Shown here in pieces: positions 8,237-16,510 of a stretch of DNA of 64,000 bases. The stretch's first letter is position 1. Every line of letters starts with the position of its first letter. The translations under genes were made by a program, and so were the position numbers. This stretch comes from Candidatus Latescibacterota bacterium (GTDB lineage: Bacteria; Latescibacterota; UBA2968): contig OZ220741.1 in assembly GCA_965116885.1 (NCBI GenBank), forward strand, positions 4,000,001 through 4,064,000, in the 5' to 3' direction. Below the pieces are notes generated by a model that was not told the origin of the DNA, did not search any database, and was given only the letters and a program-made list of their open reading frames with translations.

Positions 8237-8761
8237 ATGATGGCATCCGATGTATGGAAAGAATACGAGAGCAACGAAATTTCTCATAGTGTTGCCCATC
8301 ATTTAACTGCCATTCACGAGTTGATGGACGATCTGGGTTATGCGCGGGTTTCAGATGTGGCGCGTACGCTGGAGATTACCCGAGGCAGTGCATCGCTGAC
8401 GCTCAAAGCCCTCAAGGGGCGTGGACTGGTCATCGAAGATCACAATAAGTTTTTAAAATTATCCGAAGATGGCCGTCGCATTGTCGATTCTATTTTAGCC
8501 AAACGCGCCGTTGTTCGCAAATTTCTCAACGAGGTGCTCAAACTCGACGAGCATCAAGCCGAAGTGGATGCGTGCAAGGTCGAGCATCTTTTAAGCGCGC
8601 AAACTGGTGGGCAATTGCTGCATTTTGTGCGTTTTTTGCTCTCTGATGATCCCACTGCGCGACAATTTCTCGCCGAGTTTTGGTCCAAACTGGATCAGAA
8701 TGAGGAGTGGCAGTGGCCCGTTCAGGATGTTGATCAATTATTCAATTTGGAGTCTCGATAA
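8237..8761 (+). CDS. DtxR/MntR-family metal-dependent transcriptional regulator
   Basis: wHTH ARVSDVARTLEITRGSASLTLKAL; DACKVEH; GAGGGGG RBS; the ORF-track start at 7850 is an over-extension. Confidence 0.9.
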   Translation: MMASDVWKEYESNEISHSVAHHLTAIHELMDDLGYARVSDVARTLEITRGSASLTLKALKGRGLVIEDHNKFLKLSEDGRRIVDSILAKRAVVRKFLNEVLKLDEHQAEVDACKVEHLLSAQTGGQLLHFVRFLLSDDPTARQFLAEFWSKLDQNEEWQWPVQDVDQLFNLESR

Positions 8762-9003
8762 TGGCTTATGCAACGGAAGCTGCAACCCCACTTTCAATCT
8801 GGGACCGGGGGGATGAGGGTACTATTGAAGGCATTTCAGGTGCCAATCAACTGGCGGCCCGACTGCGCGAGATAGGTGCTATGCCAGGTGTCCCTGTTCG
8901 CGTGTTGCGCGTTGGGAGCACTGTGGTCATTCAGGTGGGTAGCAGCAGATTTTGCTTGCGGAAAACCGATGCTGCATGCATTAAAGGAATGAAAGCAGCC
9001 TGA
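8761..9003 (+). CDS. feoA: Ferrous iron transport protein A
   Basis: RLREIGAMPGVPVRVLR...FCLRK SH3-like FeoA pattern directly upstream of feoB. Confidence 0.9.
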   Translation: MAYATEAATPLSIWDRGDEGTIEGISGANQLAARLREIGAMPGVPVRVLRVGSTVVIQVGSSRFCLRKTDAACIKGMKAA

Positions 9004-9010
9004 TTTTATT

Positions 9011-11191
9011 ATGGCAATGAATATAGCGGATCGAGAGCAACCTTATGTGGGTCGTGCCACGGTCGCTGTGGTTGGCAATCCCAATACGGGTAAGACAACG
9101 CTTTTTAATGCTCTAACGGGGCTTTCACAGCGCGTGGGAAATTTCCCCGGTGTTACGGTTGAGCGCAAGGTTGGACAATTGACATTGCCCGATATCGGTG
9201 CGATTGACCTGCTGGATTTGCCCGGGACATACAGTCTTTCAGCCAAGTCGCCAGATGAACTTATTGCTGTTGAAGTAATGATGGGGTTGTTGAAGAGCGA
9301 GAGCGCCATCCAGGCCGTGCTCGTGGTTCTCGACGCCAGCAATTTGCGGCGTAGCTTATATATCGTATCTCAACTTCTCGAAATTGATTTGCCCCTGGTT
9401 GTGGCCCTCAATATGTTAGATGTGGCCAAGGCCAGGGGCATTGTTATTGATGCACTTGCTCTAAGCGGGCGTTTGGGCATTCCAGTTATTCCCATACAGG
9501 CGAATAAACGTGTAGGGCTTGACGAGTTGAAAGAAGTGCTTTCTCGGGTTGTTGAAAAAGGCACGGTTCCACCACGCAAGTCGGTATTGCCACAGTCCTG
9601 GTGGACAGAAGCCGAGCAGTTGGCGCAAAAATACGAAGGCGTATCTACGGGTCTGGTGCTGCGTGTTTTAATTGACAATCAAAATGCCTTTGCATCCCAT
9701 GTTGTGGAACGCTTTGGCGATGACTTTGCCGCTGATCTTCACGCATTGCGAGCGCAGGTTAATATGGATGATGTGCTGGCGAATCGGGAGATCGAATTGC
9801 GCTATAGATGGATCGATGAGGCTCTCGATGACGTGTTGCGCGATCCCGAACCGCTTCGCGTGACCCGTTCTGATCGACTGGATCGTTTTTTGACACACCC
9901 GATCTGGGGTAGCCTGAGTTTTGCTGTAATTATGGCCTTTGTTTTTCAAGCGATTTTTTCGTGGGCCGTACCCTTAATGGACAGTATCGACGCGCTGTTT
10001 GGGGTGGTTGGTGGATGGGCTTCGGGTTATTTTCCCGAGGGTGCGCTGCAAAGTATGGTGGTGGATGGGGTGATTGCCGGGGTAGGGGGTGTGGTCATTT
10101 TTTTGCCCCAGATTTGTATTCTGTTCCTCTTTATTGCCATACTGGAAGATTGTGGTTACATGGCCCGCGCTGCGCTGTTGATGGATCGCCTGCTAACGCC
10201 TTGTGGTTTGTCGGGAAAGTCTTTTATTCCTCTTTTGTCGAGTTTTGCCTGTGCGATTCCGGGAGTGATGGCTACGCGAACGATCAATGATCCCAAAGAC
10301 CGCATTGCCACGATGCTGGTCGCGCCGTTGATGAGTTGCTCTGCGCGTTTGCCGGTGTACGCGATTTTTATTGGCGCTTTTATTCCCGATCGAGATGTTT
10401 GGGGAGGCATTGGCCTGCAAGGGCTTACGCTTTTCGCGCTGTATTGCACAGGGATTTTTGTGGCTATTCCCATTGCGTGGATTTTAAAAAAGACGCTGTT
10501 GAGAGGACAGCCCACGCCTTTTTTGCTCGAGTTGCCGTCTTACAAAATTCCAGATGTGGGTACTGTTGGGATGCGTATTTACCAAAGTGGTCGGCATTTT
10601 CTCGAAAGAGCCGGCACGTTGATTCTCGCCGCGACTATTGTGATGTGGGCACTGGCGTATTTCCCGCGGTCTGAAACAATTGCCGCGCATTACGAGGCTG
10701 AGCGCGAGCGGTTGGTTGGGGCGCCGGAGGAGATTTTGGATGATTTGCGCGCGAAAGAGGCTGGCGAGATGCTCCAGCAGAGTTTTTTGGGGCGGATGGG
10801 GCAGGCCATTGAACCCGTCGTAGAACCGCTGGGATGGGATTGGCGGATTGGGATGGCGGCGCTGGCATCTTTTCCGGCTCGGGAAGTGATAGTCGCGGTT
10901 CTGGGTACCATTTACAGTCTGGGAGAGGTGGATGAGGAATCGGCGTCGCTTAGAGACGCGCTTCGGTCAGCAACATGGTCGGATGGACGAAAGGTATTTA
11001 ATATCCCGGTTGCGCTGTCTATTATGGTGTTCTTTGCACTGTGCGCGCAGTGCGTTTCTACGCTTGCGGTTATTCAGCGCGAAACGGGTGCCTGGCGGTG
11101 GCCCGTGCTAACTTTTGTTTATATGACGGTGCTCGCCTATATCGGCGCGTTTGTCACTTATCGTCTTGGTATGGCACTTGGATGGGGGTAG
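9011..11191 (+). CDS. feoB: Ferrous iron transport protein B
   Basis: GNPNTGKTT, VGNFPGVTVE, DLPGTYSL, NMLD, LEDCGYMARAA, CSARLPVY, ELPSY. Confidence 0.98.
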   Translation: MAMNIADREQPYVGRATVAVVGNPNTGKTTLFNALTGLSQRVGNFPGVTVERKVGQLTLPDIGAIDLLDLPGTYSLSAKSPDELIAVEVMMGLLKSESAIQAVLVVLDASNLRRSLYIVSQLLEIDLPLVVALNMLDVAKARGIVIDALALSGRLGIPVIPIQANKRVGLDELKEVLSRVVEKGTVPPRKSVLPQSWWTEAEQLAQKYEGVSTGLVLRVLIDNQNAFASHVVERFGDDFAADLHALRAQVNMDDVLANREIELRYRWIDEALDDVLRDPEPLRVTRSDRLDRFLTHPIWGSLSFAVIMAFVFQAIFSWAVPLMDSIDALFGVVGGWASGYFPEGALQSMVVDGVIAGVGGVVIFLPQICILFLFIAILEDCGYMARAALLMDRLLTPCGLSGKSFIPLLSSFACAIPGVMATRTINDPKDRIATMLVAPLMSCSARLPVYAIFIGAFIPDRDVWGGIGLQGLTLFALYCTGIFVAIPIAWILKKTLLRGQPTPFLLELPSYKIPDVGTVGMRIYQSGRHFLERAGTLILAATIVMWALAYFPRSETIAAHYEAERERLVGAPEEILDDLRAKEAGEMLQQSFLGRMGQAIEPVVEPLGWDWRIGMAALASFPAREVIVAVLGTIYSLGEVDEESASLRDALRSATWSDGRKVFNIPVALSIMVFFALCAQCVSTLAVIQRETGAWRWPVLTFVYMTVLAYIGAFVTYRLGMALGWG

Positions 11192-11195
11192 TGAT

Positions 11196-11345
11196 ATGAC
11201 CGACTGGCAAAATTGGATCGCGGTTGCAGTGGCACTCTGGTGTGCCTATCGCGTCATTGGCGAGGTCGTAAGGCCGTTTTTGACTTCGTCGTGTTCAGGC
11301 TGTGGCGGAGAAGCAAAGCGCGAGGATTTGATTGAGATTGAATAA
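11196..11345 (+). CDS. FeoB-associated Cys-rich small membrane protein
   Basis: 49 aa, single TM followed by CSGCGG, immediately after feoB. Confidence 0.75.
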   Translation: MTDWQNWIAVAVALWCAYRVIGEVVRPFLTSSCSGCGGEAKREDLIEIE

Positions 11346-11375
11346 GCAGGGAAGAACGGACATTTCGTTTTGTAT

Positions 11376-11409
11376 AAAAACCCTTCAATCTATGGATTGG
11401 AGGGTTTTT
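11376..11409 (+). terminator. Intrinsic terminator of the feo operon
   Basis: AAAAACCCTTCAATC-tatg-GATTGGAGGGTTTTT. Confidence 0.8.
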
Positions 11410-11442
11410 CTTTTCTTGACCGGATCCCTTGATTTTTTTATT

Positions 11443-11458
11443 TTTAGTTATAGCTAAA
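11443..11458. promoter_or_regulatory. Putative DtxR/MntR-family operator
   Basis: Palindrome TTTAG-TTATAG-CTAAA upstream of the troA-like gene, just after TTGACC-17-TATTTT. Confidence 0.55.
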
Positions 11459-11512
11459 TTATATTTTAGTAGTAATATAAGAAGTCTTGTAGGCATGTAT
11501 AACGGAGGGTAT

Positions 11513-12427
11513 ATGTATAAATTTTTCATTATAGCTGGCGTTTTGTTGCTGTGCGCGTGTGGTGGAGGCGAAACGCCGCCGGTTGAACAAGACAAAAGGC
11601 TGGTGGTGTGTACGACCGGGATGGTCGGCGATCTGGTGCGCCATGTTGCGGGGGATCGCGCTGAGGTGATTTCCCTGATGGGACCTGGGGTTGATCCGCA
11701 TTATTACAAGGCGACGCAGGGCGATTTGCAGAAACTGTCTCGAGCAGATGTGATATTTTACAATGGTCTCTTTCTGGAAGGCAAGCTGGAAGGTATTTTT
11801 GAAAAGATGGCACGCAGCAAGACAGTGATTCCAGTATCGCGGGATATTCCCAAAGAGAGGCTGCGGGAACCGGCTGCTGGACAAGGGGAGCACGATCCGC
11901 ATATCTGGTTTGATGTCGGCATGTGGGCAGAGACTCTGCAGGTGGTTGTCCAGACACTGAGTGAGCGTGACGCCGAAGGCGCCGATGTATTTCGAGCCAA
12001 TGCCGAGGCGTATCGCAAGCAATTGCTTGACCTTGACATCTGGGCAAAAGCGCAGATTGCACATATTCCCAGCAATCAGCGTGTGTTGATTACGGCACAC
12101 GACGCCTTTGGATATTTTGGCCTTGCTTACGGCATTGAAGTGCGCGGGCTTCAGGGGATTTCGACGGTGGCCGAATACGGCGTCAATGATGTGTCGCTGC
12201 TGGTGGATTTTATCGTCAAACGGCGGGTAAAAGCCATTTTTGTGGAAAGCAGTGTGCCCGAGCGTTCGATCAATGCCGTGCGCGAGGGTTGCAAGGCGCA
12301 GGGGTGGGATGTCGCAATTGGCGGTACGTTGTATTCCGACGCGATGGGACCTGCGGGCAGTGGGGCAGATACGTATATCGGTATGGTGAGGTCAAATGTG
12401 AACACAATTGTCGGGGCGTTAAAATAA
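11513..12427 (+). CDS. troA: Mn/Zn/Fe ABC transporter substrate-binding lipoprotein (TroA/MntA-like)
   Basis: Lipobox CACG; GPGVDPHYY, DPHIWFD, TAHDAFGYFG, IFVESSV, LYSDAMG; GGAGG RBS. Confidence 0.9.
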   Translation: MYKFFIIAGVLLLCACGGGETPPVEQDKRLVVCTTGMVGDLVRHVAGDRAEVISLMGPGVDPHYYKATQGDLQKLSRADVIFYNGLFLEGKLEGIFEKMARSKTVIPVSRDIPKERLREPAAGQGEHDPHIWFDVGMWAETLQVVVQTLSERDAEGADVFRANAEAYRKQLLDLDIWAKAQIAHIPSNQRVLITAHDAFGYFGLAYGIEVRGLQGISTVAEYGVNDVSLLVDFIVKRRVKAIFVESSVPERSINAVREGCKAQGWDVAIGGTLYSDAMGPAGSGADTYIGMVRSNVNTIVGALK

Positions 12428-13212
12428 TGTTACATGCTGTTGATGAATCGGTGACACCTATTCATATTCACGATATGACGGTGGCGTATCACAAGAAACC
12501 CGTTCTGTGGGATGTCGATCTCGCCGTGCCTGAAGGCAAACTCGTGGGGATTGTGGGGCCCAATGGCGCGGGCAAGAGCACGATGATCAAAGCCATTATG
12601 GATCTCGTGCCCAAGGCTTCGGGATGGGTTCATATCTACGGCAAACCCTATTCGCGCATGCGCCAGACCATTGGCTATGTGCCGCAACGCGAGTCAGTGG
12701 ATTGGGATTTTCCCATCAATGCCTTAGATGTGGTACTTATGGGGCGTTATGGGCACGTTGGTTGGGTGAGACGTCCGGATAAAATCGATAGAGAACTGGC
12801 TGAGGAAGCGCTCGAAAAGGTTGGTATGACCGATTTTGGGCATCGGCAGATCAATCAGCTTTCGGGAGGCCAGCAACAGCGGGTTTTCCTGGCTCGAGCC
12901 CTGGCGCAAGACGCACAAGTTTATTTAATGGACGAACCCTTTGCTGGCGTGGATGCGGCGACCGAACGCGCCATTATTGATATTTTGATGGATCTGAGGG
13001 CGAGAAAAAAGACCATGCTGGTTGTACATCACGATTTGCATACAGTGAACCAGTATTTTGACTGGCTGGTTTTGATCAATATGCGGGTCGTTGCCGCGGG
13101 TGAGACGAAAGATGTGTTCACCGATGATAATTTGAATAAAACCTACGGCGGACGGTTGACGGTTCTTTCTGAAGCCGCACAGGCTGTTGCCCATCATCAG
13201 CGGGGTTTATGA
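12427..13212 (+). CDS. troB: Metal ABC transporter ATP-binding protein (TroB-like)
   Basis: GPNGAGKST, YVPQRESVDWDFP, LSGGQQQRVFLARAL, MDEPF; ATG overlaps the troA stop. Confidence 0.92.
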   Translation: MLHAVDESVTPIHIHDMTVAYHKKPVLWDVDLAVPEGKLVGIVGPNGAGKSTMIKAIMDLVPKASGWVHIYGKPYSRMRQTIGYVPQRESVDWDFPINALDVVLMGRYGHVGWVRRPDKIDRELAEEALEKVGMTDFGHRQINQLSGGQQQRVFLARALAQDAQVYLMDEPFAGVDAATERAIIDILMDLRARKKTMLVVHHDLHTVNQYFDWLVLINMRVVAAGETKDVFTDDNLNKTYGGRLTVLSEAAQAVAHHQRGL

Positions 13213-13213
13213 G

Positions 13214-14500
13214 GTGATTTGGGACGCGACATTTCAACTGGTTTTACTCGGCTCGCTATTGATCGGGGCAACATCGGGCACGCTGGGTGCATTTGCCGTG
13301 TTGCGGCGGCGCAGCCTTTTGGGAGATGCACTGGCGCATGCAGCACTTCCGGGTGTTGCGCTGGCATTTCTATGGACGCAGAGCAAGGCATTGCCCATTC
13401 TGCTTTTGGGCGCGACAGTTTCCGGTGTGGTGGGCGTGCTTATTATTGAGGCCATTGTCAATTATACGCGCATCAAAGCAGACGCCGCGCTGGGCATTGT
13501 TCTTTCGGTATTTTTTGGTGGGGGAATTGTATTGCTCACGCATATTCAACAAAGCGAGGTGGGCAATCAAAGTGGTCTGGATAAATTTCTTTTTGGACAG
13601 GCAGCTTCCATCGTGCGTGCTGATCTGTATGTGATGTGCATTGTGTCTGCGCTGGTTATGATTGCGGTTTTTCTTTTTTTTAAGGAGTTTAAAGGACTCA
13701 TTTTCGATGCGGAATTTCTTTCAGCGCTGGGATTTTCTCAGCGTGTGGTCGATCTTTTGTTGATGGGATTGATCGTGCTTACCGTTATGGTGGGGCTTCA
13801 GGCTGTGGGGGTTATTCTCATTGCTGCGATGTTGATTACCCCGGCTGCTGCTGCGCGGTTTTGGACAGATCGACTGCATGTGATGGTGCTGGTGTCGGGC
13901 ATTTTGGGCGCGTTATGCGGTGCGCTGGGCGTTGGCCTGAGCGCGCTGGCACCCCGAATCCCAACGGGGCCAGTGATGGTGCTGGTTGCAACGGCTGCAT
14001 TTCTCATTTCTGTGCTGATTGCCCCCAGACGCGGGGTGCTCGCCAGATGGGCACGGCTCAGGGCAAATGCGTTGCGAGAGAATGGTCAGCATTTTTTGCG
14101 GGCATATCTCGCATTGCAGACGCAGGACAAGGCGGAGGTCGTATTGGCGGACCTCGCCAGCGAGCTTCAGTTGCCACTTTATCGCGTGCGTCGGCTTGCA
14201 AAGCGTCTCGCGCGCGATAGATGGGTAAGCCTGCGCAATGGTGCGTGTTCTTTGACGGAATTGGGACACAAAGAGGCGAATTTTGTGGTCAAATCCCATC
14301 AGCTATGGGAGTATTATCTGGTTTATCGGTCTATCTTAGAGGAGGATCACGTGGATAGACCCGCTGATGAAGTCGAGCACATTTTAACGCCTGAGATTAT
14401 TGAACAGCTCGAATCAATTCTGGCACAAGAAGGTATAGATGTTTCGGGAGATATCCACAAAACGCACAGTGGCTATCGGAGGGCCGGTAAAGATGGATGA
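13214..14500 (+). CDS. troC: Metal ABC permease (TroC-like) with C-terminal DtxR-like domain
   Basis: LLGDALAHAALPG, FLFGQAA, LITPAAAAR; tail wHTH plus HQLWEYYL...ADEVEHIL. Confidence 0.88.
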   Translation: MIWDATFQLVLLGSLLIGATSGTLGAFAVLRRRSLLGDALAHAALPGVALAFLWTQSKALPILLLGATVSGVVGVLIIEAIVNYTRIKADAALGIVLSVFFGGGIVLLTHIQQSEVGNQSGLDKFLFGQAASIVRADLYVMCIVSALVMIAVFLFFKEFKGLIFDAEFLSALGFSQRVVDLLLMGLIVLTVMVGLQAVGVILIAAMLITPAAAARFWTDRLHVMVLVSGILGALCGALGVGLSALAPRIPTGPVMVLVATAAFLISVLIAPRRGVLARWARLRANALRENGQHFLRAYLALQTQDKAEVVLADLASELQLPLYRVRRLAKRLARDRWVSLRNGACSLTELGHKEANFVVKSHQLWEYYLVYRSILEEDHVDRPADEVEHILTPEIIEQLESILAQEGIDVSGDIHKTHSGYRRAGKDG

Positions 14501-15767
14501 GTTTTGGGGACCATTTTGGATTGTGCTTGCAGGTGCGCTGGCCGGAGCATCGTGCGGTTTGTTGGGCGCGTATCTCGTGTTGCGCAAAATGTCGCTTTTG
14601 GGCGATGCACTAAGCCATGCTGTTTTGCCGGGTATTGTTATTGCGTTTCTGCTTTCGGGCAGCCGCGATGTGATTCCGATGTTTATTGGTGCTGCTATAT
14701 GTGGCGTGATTGCCACGGTGTTAATTGAGACATTTCACCGCAGGTGGCGCGTGCAAGAAGATTCATCGATAGGCATTGCTTTTACAGCGCTTTTTGCGCT
14801 GGGGGTTGTTTTGATCACGGCATTTGCCGGGCAGGTCGATCTCGATCAGGAATGCGTCCTTTACGGGGAGATCGCGTACACGCCCTGGGACCGCCTGTTC
14901 TGGGGAGACTGGGACCTGGGACCGCGTCCGGTCTGGGTTCTCGGAACGGTATTTGCGCTTAATATCGCGCTTGTCCTGGTGTTCTACAAAGAGCTTTTGA
15001 TCGCGTCTTTCGATGCCGAGATGGCGCTTTCTGTGGGCGTGAGTGCCGCGCTGGTACATTATATGCTGATGGGAGCCGTTTCTGTGACGACTGTGGCTGC
15101 ATTTGAGTCCGTAGGGGCTATCCTCGTTGTGGCAATGCTGATTGTTCCCGGTGCCTCGGCTTATTTGTGGAGCGATCGGTTAAAAGTCATTTTGATGCTG
15201 TCTGCGCTGATGGGCGTTATTTCCGCAATAGCCGGATATTTCCTCGCAGGGGTTTGGAATAGTTCTATTGCCGGGGCTATGGTTGTGGTTATGGGGGTGC
15301 TGTTCGCGCTTTCCCTGATTTTTGCACCTCACTATGGGTTGCTGGGGCGATTTGTACGGCAGATGCGACTCTCTTTGCGGGTTGCGCGAGATCACGTCTT
15401 GTTGAAGTTGCTCCGCGAGCGGGAATCGCAGCGCGTCTCTGCGCTCAGCTGGGGCGACCTGGTCGATACGGCTGCACGTTGGGTGTCTGGGGTTGCGATT
15501 CGGTCGTTGATGTGGCAAGGGCTGATCTCGAGGGAAAATGGACATTTTTCGCTGGGAGAACAGGGCGTTATATATGCGACCAGATTGCTCCGCAATCACA
15601 GGCTTTGGGAGTCTTATCTGAATCAATTGGGGCTTCCGCCCGATCATGTACACGACCCTGCCGACGCGCTGGAACACTTTACGGATGACCACCTGCGGGA
15701 AGAAATTCGAGCGGCTTTGCCCAATATCGCCACTGATCCGCAGGGCAAGCGCATTCCCGATGGATAG
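14493..15767 (+). CDS. troD: Metal ABC permease (TroD-like) with C-terminal DtxR-like domain
   Basis: LLGDALSHAVLPG, VDLDQECVLYGEI, AFESVGAILVV; tail HRLWESYL...HDPADALEHF...DPQGKRIP. Confidence 0.88.
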   Translation: MDEFWGPFWIVLAGALAGASCGLLGAYLVLRKMSLLGDALSHAVLPGIVIAFLLSGSRDVIPMFIGAAICGVIATVLIETFHRRWRVQEDSSIGIAFTALFALGVVLITAFAGQVDLDQECVLYGEIAYTPWDRLFWGDWDLGPRPVWVLGTVFALNIALVLVFYKELLIASFDAEMALSVGVSAALVHYMLMGAVSVTTVAAFESVGAILVVAMLIVPGASAYLWSDRLKVILMLSALMGVISAIAGYFLAGVWNSSIAGAMVVVMGVLFALSLIFAPHYGLLGRFVRQMRLSLRVARDHVLLKLLRERESQRVSALSWGDLVDTAARWVSGVAIRSLMWQGLISRENGHFSLGEQGVIYATRLLRNHRLWESYLNQLGLPPDHVHDPADALEHFTDDHLREEIRAALPNIATDPQGKRIPDG

Positions 15768-15831
15768 GATATGCTTGCTTGTATGTGAGGTTTATCTTAC
15801 TTTTGTTTGATAGCTATTTGGGGGAAGGACA

Positions 15832-16509
15832 ATGATCAGTCAATCGTCCCAGGATTATTTGAAAACGATCTATAAGCTGACACACGGGCAGAATCCCGTC
15901 GATTCTGTGACGACGTCGCTGATTGCAGAGCACAGGGCTGTTGCACCCGCTTCGGTCACCAATATGCTGAAGAAACTCGCCGCGATGAAGCTGGTGGAAC
16001 ACACGCCTTATCAGGGCGTTGTACTTACATCGACGGGAAAACGCATTGCCCTTGAAGTCCTTCGCCACCACCGTTTGCTCGAGCTTTACCTGTCCGAAGT
16101 GCTGGGGTTTGATCTGGATAAGGTCGATGAAGAGGCGGATCGGCTGGAGCATGTGATTTCTGAGGAGTTTGAAGATAAAATTGATCGCATGCTGGGGTAT
16201 CCGACAGTCGATCCACACGGCGCGCCCATTCCGCGCAAAGATGGTTCGATAGAGTACGACCATTATCTGTGTTTGTCAGATATTTCAGCGGGAGAAAATG
16301 TACGCGTTCGGCAGGTGAGTGATCAAAGTGCGGAGATGTTGCGCTATATGGCGACTATGGGCATTAAACCGAATGTCGAGATAGAGGTGGTGAGCCGAGC
16401 GCCTTTTAACGGCCCGCTGGAAATTGTGGTCAATGGCGAGGCCACGTATTCGCTCGGCCTTGAAGTGGCTACACATATTTATGTTTCATCATTGGAGGAA
16501 GAGGGTTGA
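15832..16509 (+). CDS. DtxR/MntR/TroR-family regulator with C-terminal FeoA-like domain
   Basis: QDYLKTIY, VAPASVTNMLKKL, RHHRLLELYL, EADRLEH, DPHGAPIP, SH3-like tail. Confidence 0.95.
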   Translation: MISQSSQDYLKTIYKLTHGQNPVDSVTTSLIAEHRAVAPASVTNMLKKLAAMKLVEHTPYQGVVLTSTGKRIALEVLRHHRLLELYLSEVLGFDLDKVDEEADRLEHVISEEFEDKIDRMLGYPTVDPHGAPIPRKDGSIEYDHYLCLSDISAGENVRVRQVSDQSAEMLRYMATMGIKPNVEIEVVSRAPFNGPLEIVVNGEATYSLGLEVATHIYVSSLEEEG

Positions 16510-16510
16510 G

